A stretch of DNA of 64,000 nt from an uncultured Actinomycetota bacterium (GTDB lineage: Bacteria > Actinomycetota > UBA4738 > HRBIN12), in contig CAVXMB010000005.1 of assembly GCA_963762745.1 (NCBI GenBank), positions 72,283-136,282 on the forward strand, in the 5' to 3' direction. Under the pieces are notes generated by a model. It was given only the letters and a program-made list of their open reading frames with translations. It did not search any database and had not been told where the DNA came from. Position numbers and translations under genes: made by a program. Below, piece after piece: positions 35,151 to 43,290 of this stretch (positions are counted from its first letter, which is position 1; the number at the start of each line of letters is the position of its first letter).

Positions 35151-35625
35151 CGGTGTACCTCTGGATGTCGGCTCGGAGGGCCTGCACGCCCCGGGTCACG
35201 AGCGAGCGAACGGTGCCGTTCCGGCACCGAAGGATCTGGGCGATGGCGTCCTCGGTGAGGTCTTCGTAGAAGCGCAGGACGATAGCGGCTCGTTGTCGCT
35301 GCGGGAGCCGTGCCAGAGCCGCCATCGTCGCCTCGCGCTCGACGAGATGCTGCTCGTGTCCCGCGGCGACCGTCGCGGGTCTCGTTCGCTCGAAGAAGGC
35401 GCGCTCCACCGCGCGACGACGGAAGTGGTTCTTTGAAAGATTCACGACCGCTCGACGGAGGTAGGCGTCGAACGCTCCGCCTTCTCGGAGGTGGGCGAGG
35501 CGACCGCTCACCCGGACGAACGCATCCTGCGTGATGTCTTCGGCCACCGATCGATCACCGGTGAGCAGGTACGCGAGCCGGATCGCTCCCGGCGCGCTGC
35601 GCTCGTAGAGATCGGCGAGGCTCAT
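35143..35625 (-). CDS. ECF-type RNA polymerase sigma factor
   Basis: Met at 35625 within track ORF 35143-35943 (alternative start 35703). Region 2: EDITQDAFVRVSGRL...AYLRRAVVNL. Region 4: LARLPQRQRAAIVLRFYEDLTEDAIAQILRCRNGTVRSLVTRGVQALR. Confidence 0.85.
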   Translation of the reverse strand: MSLADLYERSAPGAIRLAYLLTGDRSVAEDITQDAFVRVSGRLAHLREGGAFDAYLRRAVVNLSKNHFRRRAVERAFFERTRPATVAAGHEQHLVEREATMAALARLPQRQRAAIVLRFYEDLTEDAIAQILRCRNGTVRSLVTRGVQALRADIQRYTDA

Positions 35626-35792
35626 CCTCGCTTCGACCGCCACCTCCGGTTGTGCCACGCCGCTCTCCTGGGCCACACCATCAGGGACACCTGAGCGGGC
35701 CATCCCGCTGCATCGCTTTCCGGAACCGTACGCGAAGGAAAGTCGATGCGGGTCCGGATCGACGGTGCGGTCGACCGGACCCGCCTCGACGT

Positions 35793-36113
35793 CTAGCCGT
35801 TGTCCCGATCGCCGGCCGAGGCCTGGAACCCTGCCATGGCGTCCAGCTTCGCCTGGTCCCACGGTGCGATACCCGGTCCGTCCAACGCGGCGGTCTCGGC
35901 CTGCTGCCTGCCGGCCATCGCGTCGAGCTTCTGCTGGTCCCACGGGGCGATCCCGACGACGTGCTCGCGGGTGGTCACCTCATCCGTGGCGAACGTCCGC
36001 GTGATGATGCTGCCTGCGGCGGCCCCGATGACGAGGGCGAGGACGACTGCCACCACGTACGACGCGAGATGCCTTGCCGGTGTTGCGAGGGTCTGTGCCT
36101 TGGCGCTCATCCC
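35793..36113 (-). CDS. small membrane-anchored protein with duplicated GIAPWDQxKLDAMAG motif
   Basis: Met at 36113 within track ORF 35793-36161. MSAKAQTLATPARHLASYVVAVVLALVIGAAAGS... then VVGIAPWDQQKLDAMAGRQQ...GPGIAPWDQAKLDAMAGFQ. High GC3. Confidence 0.65.
   Translation of the reverse strand, partial: GMSAKAQTLATPARHLASYVVAVVLALVIGAAAGSIITRTFATDEVTTREHVVGIAPWDQQKLDAMAGRQQAETAALDGPGIAPWDQAKLDAMAGFQASAGDRDNG
35829..35954 (-). repeat. two ~45-bp imperfect direct repeats (35829-35873 and 35909-35954) encoding the duplicated peptide motif
   Basis: Plus-strand copies: CCCTGCCATGGCGTCCAGCTTCGCCTGGTCCCACGGTGCGATACC and TGCCGGCCATCGCGTCGAGCTTCTGCTGGTCCCACGGGGCGATCCC. Confidence 0.8.
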
Positions 36114-36226
36114 GTACCTCCTCGGTCTCACGACGCTCTCTTTTCGCGTCGACGCCATCAAGACACGCGGGGGCGAAGTTCCGCTGCGTCAGATGACCGA
36201 TGTGGGTGTGACGTTCATCACAGCCG

Positions 36227-37195
36227 TCAGGCGACGTCGACCCAGAGATTCCCCGTCTCCTCGTCGAACGCCAGGCCGCGGATCTCCGCACCGAACAGGA
36301 TCTCGGTGACCTTGCGAGTGTCTTCGTCCACACGGCGGATCACGCCGTCCTCGTCGCCGACCCAGATCGCGCCGTCACCGACCGCGAGTCCAACCGGCGT
36401 CGGCCCGACCTGCACCACCCCGGTGGGCTCCTTCGTCGAGGGGTCGATTCGAGTGATCGTTCCCTGGGTCCGTGAGAGCACCCAGATCGCCGAGTCCCCG
36501 ACCACGACGCCGTCACCTCCGTTCACCGCGACCCGCGCCCGCCGACGGATCGAGGCGGGGTCGTACTCCGACAGCGTCTCCCCGACGACATCGATCGTCC
36601 AGACCGAGCCATGTCCGAAGGCGAGCGCGTCGATCGGGTCGAGGCCAGCTCGCGTCACCTCGCGGTCGGTACGTGGATCGAAGCGCATCAGCCGGCCGTC
36701 CCCCACGCCGACCCACACGAACCGCCCTCCGACGGCGACCTCCGCCGTCCAGGTCCCGTCGAACGAGATCGCGCGGCGCTGCTCGCCGGTCGCCGGGTTC
36801 ACCTCGATCAGGCCTCCGTCGAAGGCCACCCAGATCTTGTCCTCGCCTTCGACGACGTCGAACGAGAACGAGATCGGAGTCTCGAGGTTGATGCGGGTCC
36901 GCACCTCCGATCGCGCGGGATCCACGTGGTAGAGCGAGCGGAACCGGACGGTCCAGACCCCGCCCTGCCCGACCGCGATCGGGTGCGTCGCGGCGGGCGG
37001 CGCGATCGCCGGGCCTCCGTGTTGCTCCACAGGGATCGGGATCGATCGGACGATCGGCGGGTCCGCTTCGGGATCGACCTCCACGACGGCCTCGGCCGGA
37101 GTCTCGGGTTCAGGAGCCGCCGACGGGGCGGTCTCGTCGTCGCGTGTCGCCGCGAAAGCGACGGCCGCGATCAACAGCGAGGAGTGCCGAGCCAA
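36227..37195 (-). CDS. seven-bladed beta-propeller domain protein (secreted, or C-terminal part of the upstream cyclase)
   Basis: 322 aa from TTG 37195. Blade signature recurs: GGVWTV, DKIWVAF, RFVWVGV, HGSVWTI, DSAIWVL, DGAIWVG, GNLWVDV. The N-terminal LLIAAVAFAA is either a signal anchor or the second half of a TM helix begun in the cyclase frame. Confidence 0.8.
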   Translation of the reverse strand: MARHSSLLIAAVAFAATRDDETAPSAAPEPETPAEAVVEVDPEADPPIVRSIPIPVEQHGGPAIAPPAATHPIAVGQGGVWTVRFRSLYHVDPARSEVRTRINLETPISFSFDVVEGEDKIWVAFDGGLIEVNPATGEQRRAISFDGTWTAEVAVGGRFVWVGVGDGRLMRFDPRTDREVTRAGLDPIDALAFGHGSVWTIDVVGETLSEYDPASIRRRARVAVNGGDGVVVGDSAIWVLSRTQGTITRIDPSTKEPTGVVQVGPTPVGLAVGDGAIWVGDEDGVIRRVDEDTRKVTEILFGAEIRGLAFDEETGNLWVDVA

Positions 37196-37832
37196 CGGCG
37201 ATCAGTACCGATCGGCGCGGCCGCTCCCGGCGGGCGGACGTTTCGATCGATGCGCGACGTTCGGCCGCTTCCGCCGCCGGGAGCGGCCGCGCCCGCTGTT
37301 CGCCGTTCAGCCCGGTGACGGCGTACACCTGCCAGGTTCCCGGCACCCCTTTCAGCTCGTGTGCCGAGAAGTCCTCGAAACCGAACTCCGAGCCCGTCAC
37401 GAGCTCCTTCGTGGTGCTCGTGACCAAGATGTCGCCCGCGTCGGCCAGCGACATCACCCGCGCGCCGATCACTACCGCGATGCCGTGGGTCTTGCCGGCC
37501 TGATCCTCCGTCTGGCCCGTGTGGATGCCGGAGCGGATCTCGATGCCGAGGCTGCGAACCTCCTCGGCGAGCACTGCCGCACATCTGATCGCTCGATCCG
37601 GCTGGGGGAACGTGGCGAAGAAGCCGTCGCCGGCGTGGTCCTCCTCCTTGCCTCCGAAGCGCTTGAGAGTGGCCCGGACGAGCCGGTTGAACCGCGAGGA
37701 GAGCTCCCGATATCGGGCGTCGCCCATCTGCGCCGCGATGTGGGTCGACCCCACCACGTCGAGCATCAACACCGTGGCGATCCGCCGTTCCGGGCATGGC
37801 CGGAGTATCCGACAGCGCCAGGGGGCACTCAA
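37110..37832 (-). CDS. class III nucleotidyl-cyclase-like domain protein, non-canonical (GIAVxIGARV subgroup)
   Basis: 240 aa. ERRIATVLMLDVVGST...GGKEEDHAGDGFFATF...IRSGIHTGQ...HGIAVVIGARVMSLADAGDILVTS...LKGVPGTWQVYAV. The tail after RPRRSVLIAVGSALL is Arg-rich and overlaps the next ORF by 86 nt. Confidence 0.8.
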   Translation of the reverse strand: MSAPWRCRILRPCPERRIATVLMLDVVGSTHIAAQMGDARYRELSSRFNRLVRATLKRFGGKEEDHAGDGFFATFPQPDRAIRCAAVLAEEVRSLGIEIRSGIHTGQTEDQAGKTHGIAVVIGARVMSLADAGDILVTSTTKELVTGSEFGFEDFSAHELKGVPGTWQVYAVTGLNGEQRARPLPAAEAAERRASIETSARRERPRRSVLIAVGSALLAVDRGRRFRGDTRRRDRPVGGS

Positions 37833-37839
37833 CCTTCGG

Positions 37840-38595
37840 CTACAGGAGCGGGCGGAGCTCCTCGGGGACGAGATCGGCGAACGTCCAGGCCGTCCACAGG
37901 TCGGCGGCGGTGCTTGCCGGATCGCGGGAGACCCCTCGACGAGCGAAGTGCTCGCACACCCGAGCCACGTCGCGAGCGAGGAGCGATTCGGCGTGTCGGT
38001 TCTTCTTCGGATCGACGGCTTGTGGAAGGTCGATCACGCAGATCTCCCCCTCCCACACGAGGACGTTGAACGGCGACAGGTCGCCGTGGATCACGTCGTG
38101 GAAGAGCATGCGTTCGATCGACAGGAGGCATTGCTCGAGCAGCTCCTCGGCCTCCGCCTGATCTCGCTCCCGATACCGATGGAGCTGCGGCGCGGCCTCG
38201 TTCTCGTCGCCGATGTAGGACATCAGGATCGCCCGATCCGTGACCTCGATGGGTCGCGGCACCGGCGCTCCCGCCTCGGACAGGGCTTGCAGGGTTTCCC
38301 ATTCCCGGTTGACCCAGATGCCGCCCTGCACCTCGCGACCGAATTTCGTGCGCTTGTCGAGGGCGACGCGGATCCGACGCTCCTTGATGAACTCGCCATC
38401 GCGGTAGATGGACTCGTCGCGGAAGTCTCGCCGGTCGAGGGGGTGATAGATCTTCAGCGCCGCCAGCTCTTCGCCGGTCGTGCGCGGGTTGGCACGGCAG
38501 AGGTGGACACTCGCCTCCTTGCCGCTCTTGATGGGTCGGATGACCCGTTCGATGAGCCCTTCGTCGAGGAAGTGCTCGATGACTTCGTCTCGCAA
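37840..38595 (-). CDS. RIO-family atypical serine protein kinase
   Basis: 251 aa, TTG start preceded by GAAGGAGC. IKSGKEASVH (ATP-binding Lys), HGDLSPFNVLV (catalytic loop), VIDLPQAV (metal-binding Asp). Confidence 0.85.
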   Translation of the reverse strand: MRDEVIEHFLDEGLIERVIRPIKSGKEASVHLCRANPRTTGEELAALKIYHPLDRRDFRDESIYRDGEFIKERRIRVALDKRTKFGREVQGGIWVNREWETLQALSEAGAPVPRPIEVTDRAILMSYIGDENEAAPQLHRYRERDQAEAEELLEQCLLSIERMLFHDVIHGDLSPFNVLVWEGEICVIDLPQAVDPKKNRHAESLLARDVARVCEHFARRGVSRDPASTAADLWTAWTFADLVPEELRPLL

Positions 38596-38791
38596 GGCGG
38601 TTGCTCCTTCGCTCGTACGGATGCGGACATGCGGGAACGCCGCGTCCTTCGGGAGCTACCGCGAGAGAGCCGAACGGCTCAGCGGGAGACGGAGGGGCGC
38701 AACGCGCGAACGGTGACCGAGCTCGCAGTCATCATCCATCCCTCCTTCATCGTCGACGCGACCGTCGCGCCGAACGGACCGAGTATACGTG

Positions 38792-39151
38792 CTAGGGGGC
38801 GGCCAAGTCGTTCATCTCGGCCTCGTCGGGCGACAGCGGCGAGATCTTCTCGACGACCGCGACGGGGATGTGGGTGACCGCCCGGAAACCGTCACCATCG
38901 GGCAGGACCTCCTGCGCGACCGAGACGAAGCGCGGCCCGCGCTGCACGAGGAATCCCACGGTGTTCACCAGGTAGTCAGCGCGAGCGTCCTGCGGATCCG
39001 GCTCGTCGAAGTCGAACCAGGCGTCGCGCCAGATCACGAGGACGAGGGGGAACTCGGGCGGGGCGGCGAGGCTCTCGGCGGCTCCGATCTCCTGCGGAGC
39101 ATGATCTTGCTCCCACTCGGCGTCTCCGCCGCCGATCCGCACGACCTCCAC
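38792..39151 (-). CDS. hypothetical acidic protein (119 aa)
   Basis: GTG start with GGAGG 7 nt upstream. High GC3. I recognise no motif. Confidence 0.6.
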   Translation of the reverse strand: MEVVRIGGGDAEWEQDHAPQEIGAAESLAAPPEFPLVLVIWRDAWFDFDEPDPQDARADYLVNTVGFLVQRGPRFVSVAQEVLPDGDGFRAVTHIPVAVVEKISPLSPDEAEMNDLAAP

Positions 39152-39336
39152 AGTCGTTCCTCCTTGTTCGCTAGAGCACGTATCGGCACCTCAGACGCAA
39201 CTCGTAGGGGAAAGGTCCGATCTCACTCCACCGGCCGTCGATCCGAGCCGTTGGTCCTAATCGAAGCAAGGTATCCGGCCGGGCCGACACGGCCGCGATG
39301 GGCCCTGTCAGACCTCAGGGCTAGCGTCTGGCCTCC

Positions 39337-40677
39337 ATGGCTCGACCCCGGACCCTCTTCACCTGCTCGGAGTGTCGGCAGCAGGTCGCCCAGTGGGTCG
39401 GCCGCTGCCCCGGCTGCGCGGCCTGGGGCACGATCGAAGGCTCCGTGGGTGGGTCGCTCAGCCAGGTCGCTCCCGTCCTCACGCTCGGCGGGACAGCCGA
39501 GGCCGGATCTCGCGTCACCACGGGCATCCCGGGTCTGGACCGAGTGCTCGGCGGGGGGTTGGTGCCGGCATCGGTGGTGCTCCTCGCGGGAGAGCCGGGG
39601 ATCGGCAAGTCCACGCTGCTGCTGCATCTCCTCGCCCGGCTCTCCGGGTCTGGGCGGTCATGCCTGCTCGTGTCCGGGGAGGAGTCCCACGGCCAGGTCG
39701 CGGCCCGCTCTCGTCGACTCGGCGTGGCGGGTGACGCGATCGCCTTCGCCCCGGGCCGCGACCTGGCCACCGTGCTCGGCACGGCCCGCGACCGAGCGCC
39801 CTTCCTCCTCGCCGTGGATTCCATCCAGGCGGTTCGCGATCCGTCCGCCCCTCAGATGCCTGGAGGGGTCGCCCAGGTACGTACCTGCACGGACGCCCTC
39901 GTCGGCATGGCGAAGGAGCAGGGTGTCGCGGTCGTCATGACCGGCCACGTGACCAAGGACGGCGACCTCGCCGGTCCTCGCGCCCTCGAGCACGCCGTCG
40001 ACGTCGTGCTCATGTTCGAGGGGGACCCGCGGTCCGGTCTCCGCGTGCTTTCGGGAGGCAAGAACCGATTCGGCGCCGAAGGCGAGACCGCGTGGTTCGA
40101 GATGGGTGCCGATGGCCTCCACGAGATCGATCCGGCTGGTGTGCTCCTGTCGGGCTCCGGCGTGCCCGGAGCAGCGGTCGCGCTGCCCCTCGCCGGACGC
40201 CGGGCGCTCGCGGTCGAGGTCCAGGCGCTCGTGGGATCCGTCGACGGGCCTGCTCGCCGGCAGACGACGGGGCTCGATGGGCCCCGGTTCCAGCTCATGG
40301 CGGCGGTCCTCGCTCGCGCCGGCGGCTATCGCCTCGGGCGAGCGGAGCTGTTCGGTGCCTCCTCGGGAGGTCTCCGCGTCGACGATCCGGCGGCCGACCT
40401 GGCGGTCGCGGCCGCCCTCGCGTCGGCCGTCTCTGGGGTCCCGGCGCCGGAAGGGGCTGCATTCGTGGGCGAGGTATCCCTGACAGGGCTCGTTCGCCAG
40501 GCGTCAGCGATGCCGCAGCGACTGGCTGCGGCGGAGGCCGCTGGCTGTCGATCCGTGTACGCAGCCCCTGGTCAGGACACACGGCGGCATCCTCGACTGG
40601 TCCCCGTTCGCGATGTGTCAGAGGCCCTTTCCTGGGCCAACACCCACGAGGCGGGAGCACGACGCAGGGCGTCGTGA
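39337..40677 (+). CDS. radA: DNA repair protein RadA
   Basis: 446 aa. Zinc finger CSECRQQVAQWVGRCPGC, Walker A GEPGIGKST, KNRFG motif, Lon-like C-terminal domain. Confidence 0.95.
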   Translation: MARPRTLFTCSECRQQVAQWVGRCPGCAAWGTIEGSVGGSLSQVAPVLTLGGTAEAGSRVTTGIPGLDRVLGGGLVPASVVLLAGEPGIGKSTLLLHLLARLSGSGRSCLLVSGEESHGQVAARSRRLGVAGDAIAFAPGRDLATVLGTARDRAPFLLAVDSIQAVRDPSAPQMPGGVAQVRTCTDALVGMAKEQGVAVVMTGHVTKDGDLAGPRALEHAVDVVLMFEGDPRSGLRVLSGGKNRFGAEGETAWFEMGADGLHEIDPAGVLLSGSGVPGAAVALPLAGRRALAVEVQALVGSVDGPARRQTTGLDGPRFQLMAAVLARAGGYRLGRAELFGASSGGLRVDDPAADLAVAAALASAVSGVPAPEGAAFVGEVSLTGLVRQASAMPQRLAAAEAAGCRSVYAAPGQDTRRHPRLVPVRDVSEALSWANTHEAGARRRAS

Positions 40678-40745
40678 GCGTTCCGACCATCGTCCGGTCG
40701 GACTCCGCCGAACGGACGAAAGTGCCTCTGACCTGCAGGTTTGGG

Positions 40746-40775
40746 TTGCGAGAGAAGGGGGTTCCGTGTTACTCT
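40746..40775 (+). promoter_or_regulatory. candidate sigma-A-type promoter for carD
   Basis: TTGCGA (40746-40751), 18-nt spacer, TACTCT (40770-40775), ~60 nt upstream of the carD start. By-eye match only. Confidence 0.3.
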
Positions 40776-40833
40776 TCCTATCCTCGCCGGCCACGCTTCG
40801 GCCGGACGCCTGCTCTCGTGAAGGGGGAACCTC

Positions 40834-41349
40834 TTGTCCGCGTTCCGTAAAGGAGACACCGTCGTCCATCCCGAGCACGGGGCGGCCGTCATCGAAGAAC
40901 TGAAGGACAAGGAATTCCTCGGAGAGAAGCGCAAGTACCTCGTGCTTCGGGTCGTCTATGGCGACCTGACGCTCTCGGTCCCTGTCGACTCGGCCGAGCA
41001 GGTCGGGCTCCGACCCGTCATCAGCAAGGCGCAGGTGAAGAAGATCCTGAAGGTCCTCACCGAGGCCGAGACCATCTCGGCAGCCAACTGGAGCCGCCGG
41101 TTCAAGAACAACCTCGAGAAGCTCCATTCGGGCGATCCGTTCGAGGTGGCCGAAGTGCTCAGGAACCTCTCGATCAGGGATCGTGAGAAAGGCCTCTCCG
41201 CCGGGGAGAAGCGCATGATCCACAAGGCACGGCAGATCCTGATCTCCGAGCTGTCCCACGCGGCCGGCAAGACCGAAGAGGACGCCGAGATCATGATCGA
41301 CGACGTCTTGGACGGCGCGCACGGCGTGAAGCTGGCCGCCCAGGCCTGA
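40834..41349 (+). CDS. carD: CarD-family RNA-polymerase-binding transcription regulator
   Basis: 171 aa, TTG start. FRKGDTVVHPEHGAAVIEELKDKEFLGEKRKYLVLR...ANWSRRFKNNLEKLHSGDP. Confidence 0.93.
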   Translation: MSAFRKGDTVVHPEHGAAVIEELKDKEFLGEKRKYLVLRVVYGDLTLSVPVDSAEQVGLRPVISKAQVKKILKVLTEAETISAANWSRRFKNNLEKLHSGDPFEVAEVLRNLSIRDREKGLSAGEKRMIHKARQILISELSHAAGKTEEDAEIMIDDVLDGAHGVKLAAQA

Positions 41350-41471
41350 AAGCAGGTCTCTCCAGCCGCTCCACCCGAAGCCGTTGCAAGAGGGAGCTCA
41401 GGAGGGGTCCCGCGTGCGCCGATGACCTCTGAAGGGGCACATCGGCCCTCTACCGGGCTTTCCGAGGCGGG

Positions 41472-42569
41472 GTGAGCATCGTGAGGGAGAACGAGCAGGG
41501 GCATGGGCGGGGTGATGTCCGCGCGCGTGTGGCGGGCGGCGTCCGCCTCATCTTCGTCGCCCTGATCGCGACCGTCGGCGCCCGGATCGGGGAGGCCTCC
41601 GGCACCACGAGCACGAGCCGTGCCCTCCTGTTCGTCTTCCTCGGAGCTGGGGTCGGCTACGTGGTGGGCGGGGTCTTCGGGCGACTGACCCTGCAGGCCG
41701 TGCATGGCCTCGAGACCGAGCTCGGCAAGAAGCCACCGGCCGTCTTGGCCGGGGGCGTCGTCGGGCTCGTGGTGGGATTGCTCGTGTCCGCGTTGATGAT
41801 GGTTCCTCTGTTGTTCCTCCCGGCGTCCGCGTCCTGGCCGGCGATCGTGTTCCTGTACCTCACCGTCGGGACGGTTGGCTACCGGCTCGGGCAGGCGAAG
41901 TACGAAGACATCTTCGGGCTCGTCGGGATCAAGCCGCGCGCCGCCGGTGTCCAGCGCGGGGATCTCCACGTGATGGACACGAGCGCGCTGATCGACGGCC
42001 GGGTCGCCGACCTCGTCGCGACCGGTTTCGTCGGCGGCACGATCTTGTTGCACGAGGGTGTGCTCCGCGAGCTCCAAGCGATCTCGGATTCTTCCGATCC
42101 CCACCGTCGATCGCGTGGGCGGCGTGGCCTCGACATGCTCGTCGAGCTCCAGAAGGCGCCGACGGTGCAGTTCCAGTTGGTGGAAGAGGCAGGAGTCATC
42201 GACGTGGATGCTGCGCTCGTGCGTCTCGCTCGCGAGCGCGGCGCGCAGCTCATCACCGTGGACCACAACATGGCGAAGGTCGCGGAGGCGCTCCGTGTGC
42301 CGGTCGCGCAGATCAACGCGCTCGCCTCGCGCTTCCGCGTTCCCTACACGGCCGGCGACGAGATCTCGGTCCGCCTGGTCAAGGAGGGGCGCGAGCACGG
42401 TCAGGCGGTCGCGTACCTCGATGACGGCACGATGGTCGTCGTGGAGCAGGCGGCCGAGCGCATCGGTTCCCAGGTCGAGGTCCGGGTCACGAACGTGATC
42501 CAGACGACGACCGGACGCATGATCTTCGCGGCGGTGACCGGCCAGACCCCCGCCACCGCCGACGCCTGA
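41472..42569 (+). CDS. PIN + TRAM domain membrane protein (YacL-like)
   Basis: 365 aa. Four N-terminal TM segments, PIN (VMDTSALIDGR...TVDHNMAKVA), TRAM (GDEISVRLVKEGREHGQAVAYLDDGTMVVVE...VEVRVTNVIQTTTGRMIFA). Confidence 0.88.
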   Translation: MSIVRENEQGHGRGDVRARVAGGVRLIFVALIATVGARIGEASGTTSTSRALLFVFLGAGVGYVVGGVFGRLTLQAVHGLETELGKKPPAVLAGGVVGLVVGLLVSALMMVPLLFLPASASWPAIVFLYLTVGTVGYRLGQAKYEDIFGLVGIKPRAAGVQRGDLHVMDTSALIDGRVADLVATGFVGGTILLHEGVLRELQAISDSSDPHRRSRGRRGLDMLVELQKAPTVQFQLVEEAGVIDVDAALVRLARERGAQLITVDHNMAKVAEALRVPVAQINALASRFRVPYTAGDEISVRLVKEGREHGQAVAYLDDGTMVVVEQAAERIGSQVEVRVTNVIQTTTGRMIFAAVTGQTPATADA

Positions 42570-42597
42570 CATTTCTTTCGTCTGCGATGCTTCGCAC

Positions 42598-43290
42598 GTG
42601 GAGTCCGCCGACGCGATCGTGATCCTGTTGGGCGCGGGCGCCGGCCGTCGACTGGGTTCGTCCGAGCCCAAGGCCTTGCTCCCCATCGGCGGCCGTCCGA
42701 TGCTCGCGGTCGCCGCTGCCGCTGCCGCCGCTTCCGTTCCGGTGCGTGGACTCGTCGTGACGTTCCCGTCGGGCTGGGAGGGACGTGCGAGGGCGTGCGT
42801 GGAGGACCTGGGGGTGCCGATCCGGCTCGTGGCGGGAGGGGAGACGCGTCAGGCGTCGGTCCGCGCCGCGCTGGCAGAAGTCCCGAGGACCGTCGACATC
42901 GTTGCGGTGCACGACGCGGCTCGGCCGTTCGCGACGCCCGATCTGTTCGCACGCGTCCTGGGAGCGGTTGCGGGTGGTGCCGACGGGGCCGTCCCGGTGC
43001 TCGCTGTGAGCGACACCGTGCTCCGGGTCCAGGGAGCGGTCGTGCAGGGTATGGAGCCCCGCGAGGAGCTGGCGCTCGGCCAGACCCCGCAGGCCTTCCG
43101 GACGTCGGTCCTGCGAGAGGCGCACGCGAAGGCCGAGGCGGCGGGTGCATCCTTCACCGACGACGCATCCTTGCTCCGCTGGGCCGGTTACGACGTTCGC
43201 GCCATCCCGGGAGATCCGGTGAACGTCAAGATCACCACGCTCGCCGACCTGGCACAGGCGGATCGGCGCATGGGAAGCGGCGATGAGTGA
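42598..43290 (+). CDS. ispD: 2-C-methyl-D-erythritol 4-phosphate cytidylyltransferase
   Basis: 230 aa. VILLGAGAGRRLGSSEPKALLPIGG...VAVHDAARPF...GQTPQAF. Confidence 0.9.
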   Translation: MESADAIVILLGAGAGRRLGSSEPKALLPIGGRPMLAVAAAAAAASVPVRGLVVTFPSGWEGRARACVEDLGVPIRLVAGGETRQASVRAALAEVPRTVDIVAVHDAARPFATPDLFARVLGAVAGGADGAVPVLAVSDTVLRVQGAVVQGMEPREELALGQTPQAFRTSVLREAHAKAEAAGASFTDDASLLRWAGYDVRAIPGDPVNVKITTLADLAQADRRMGSGDE

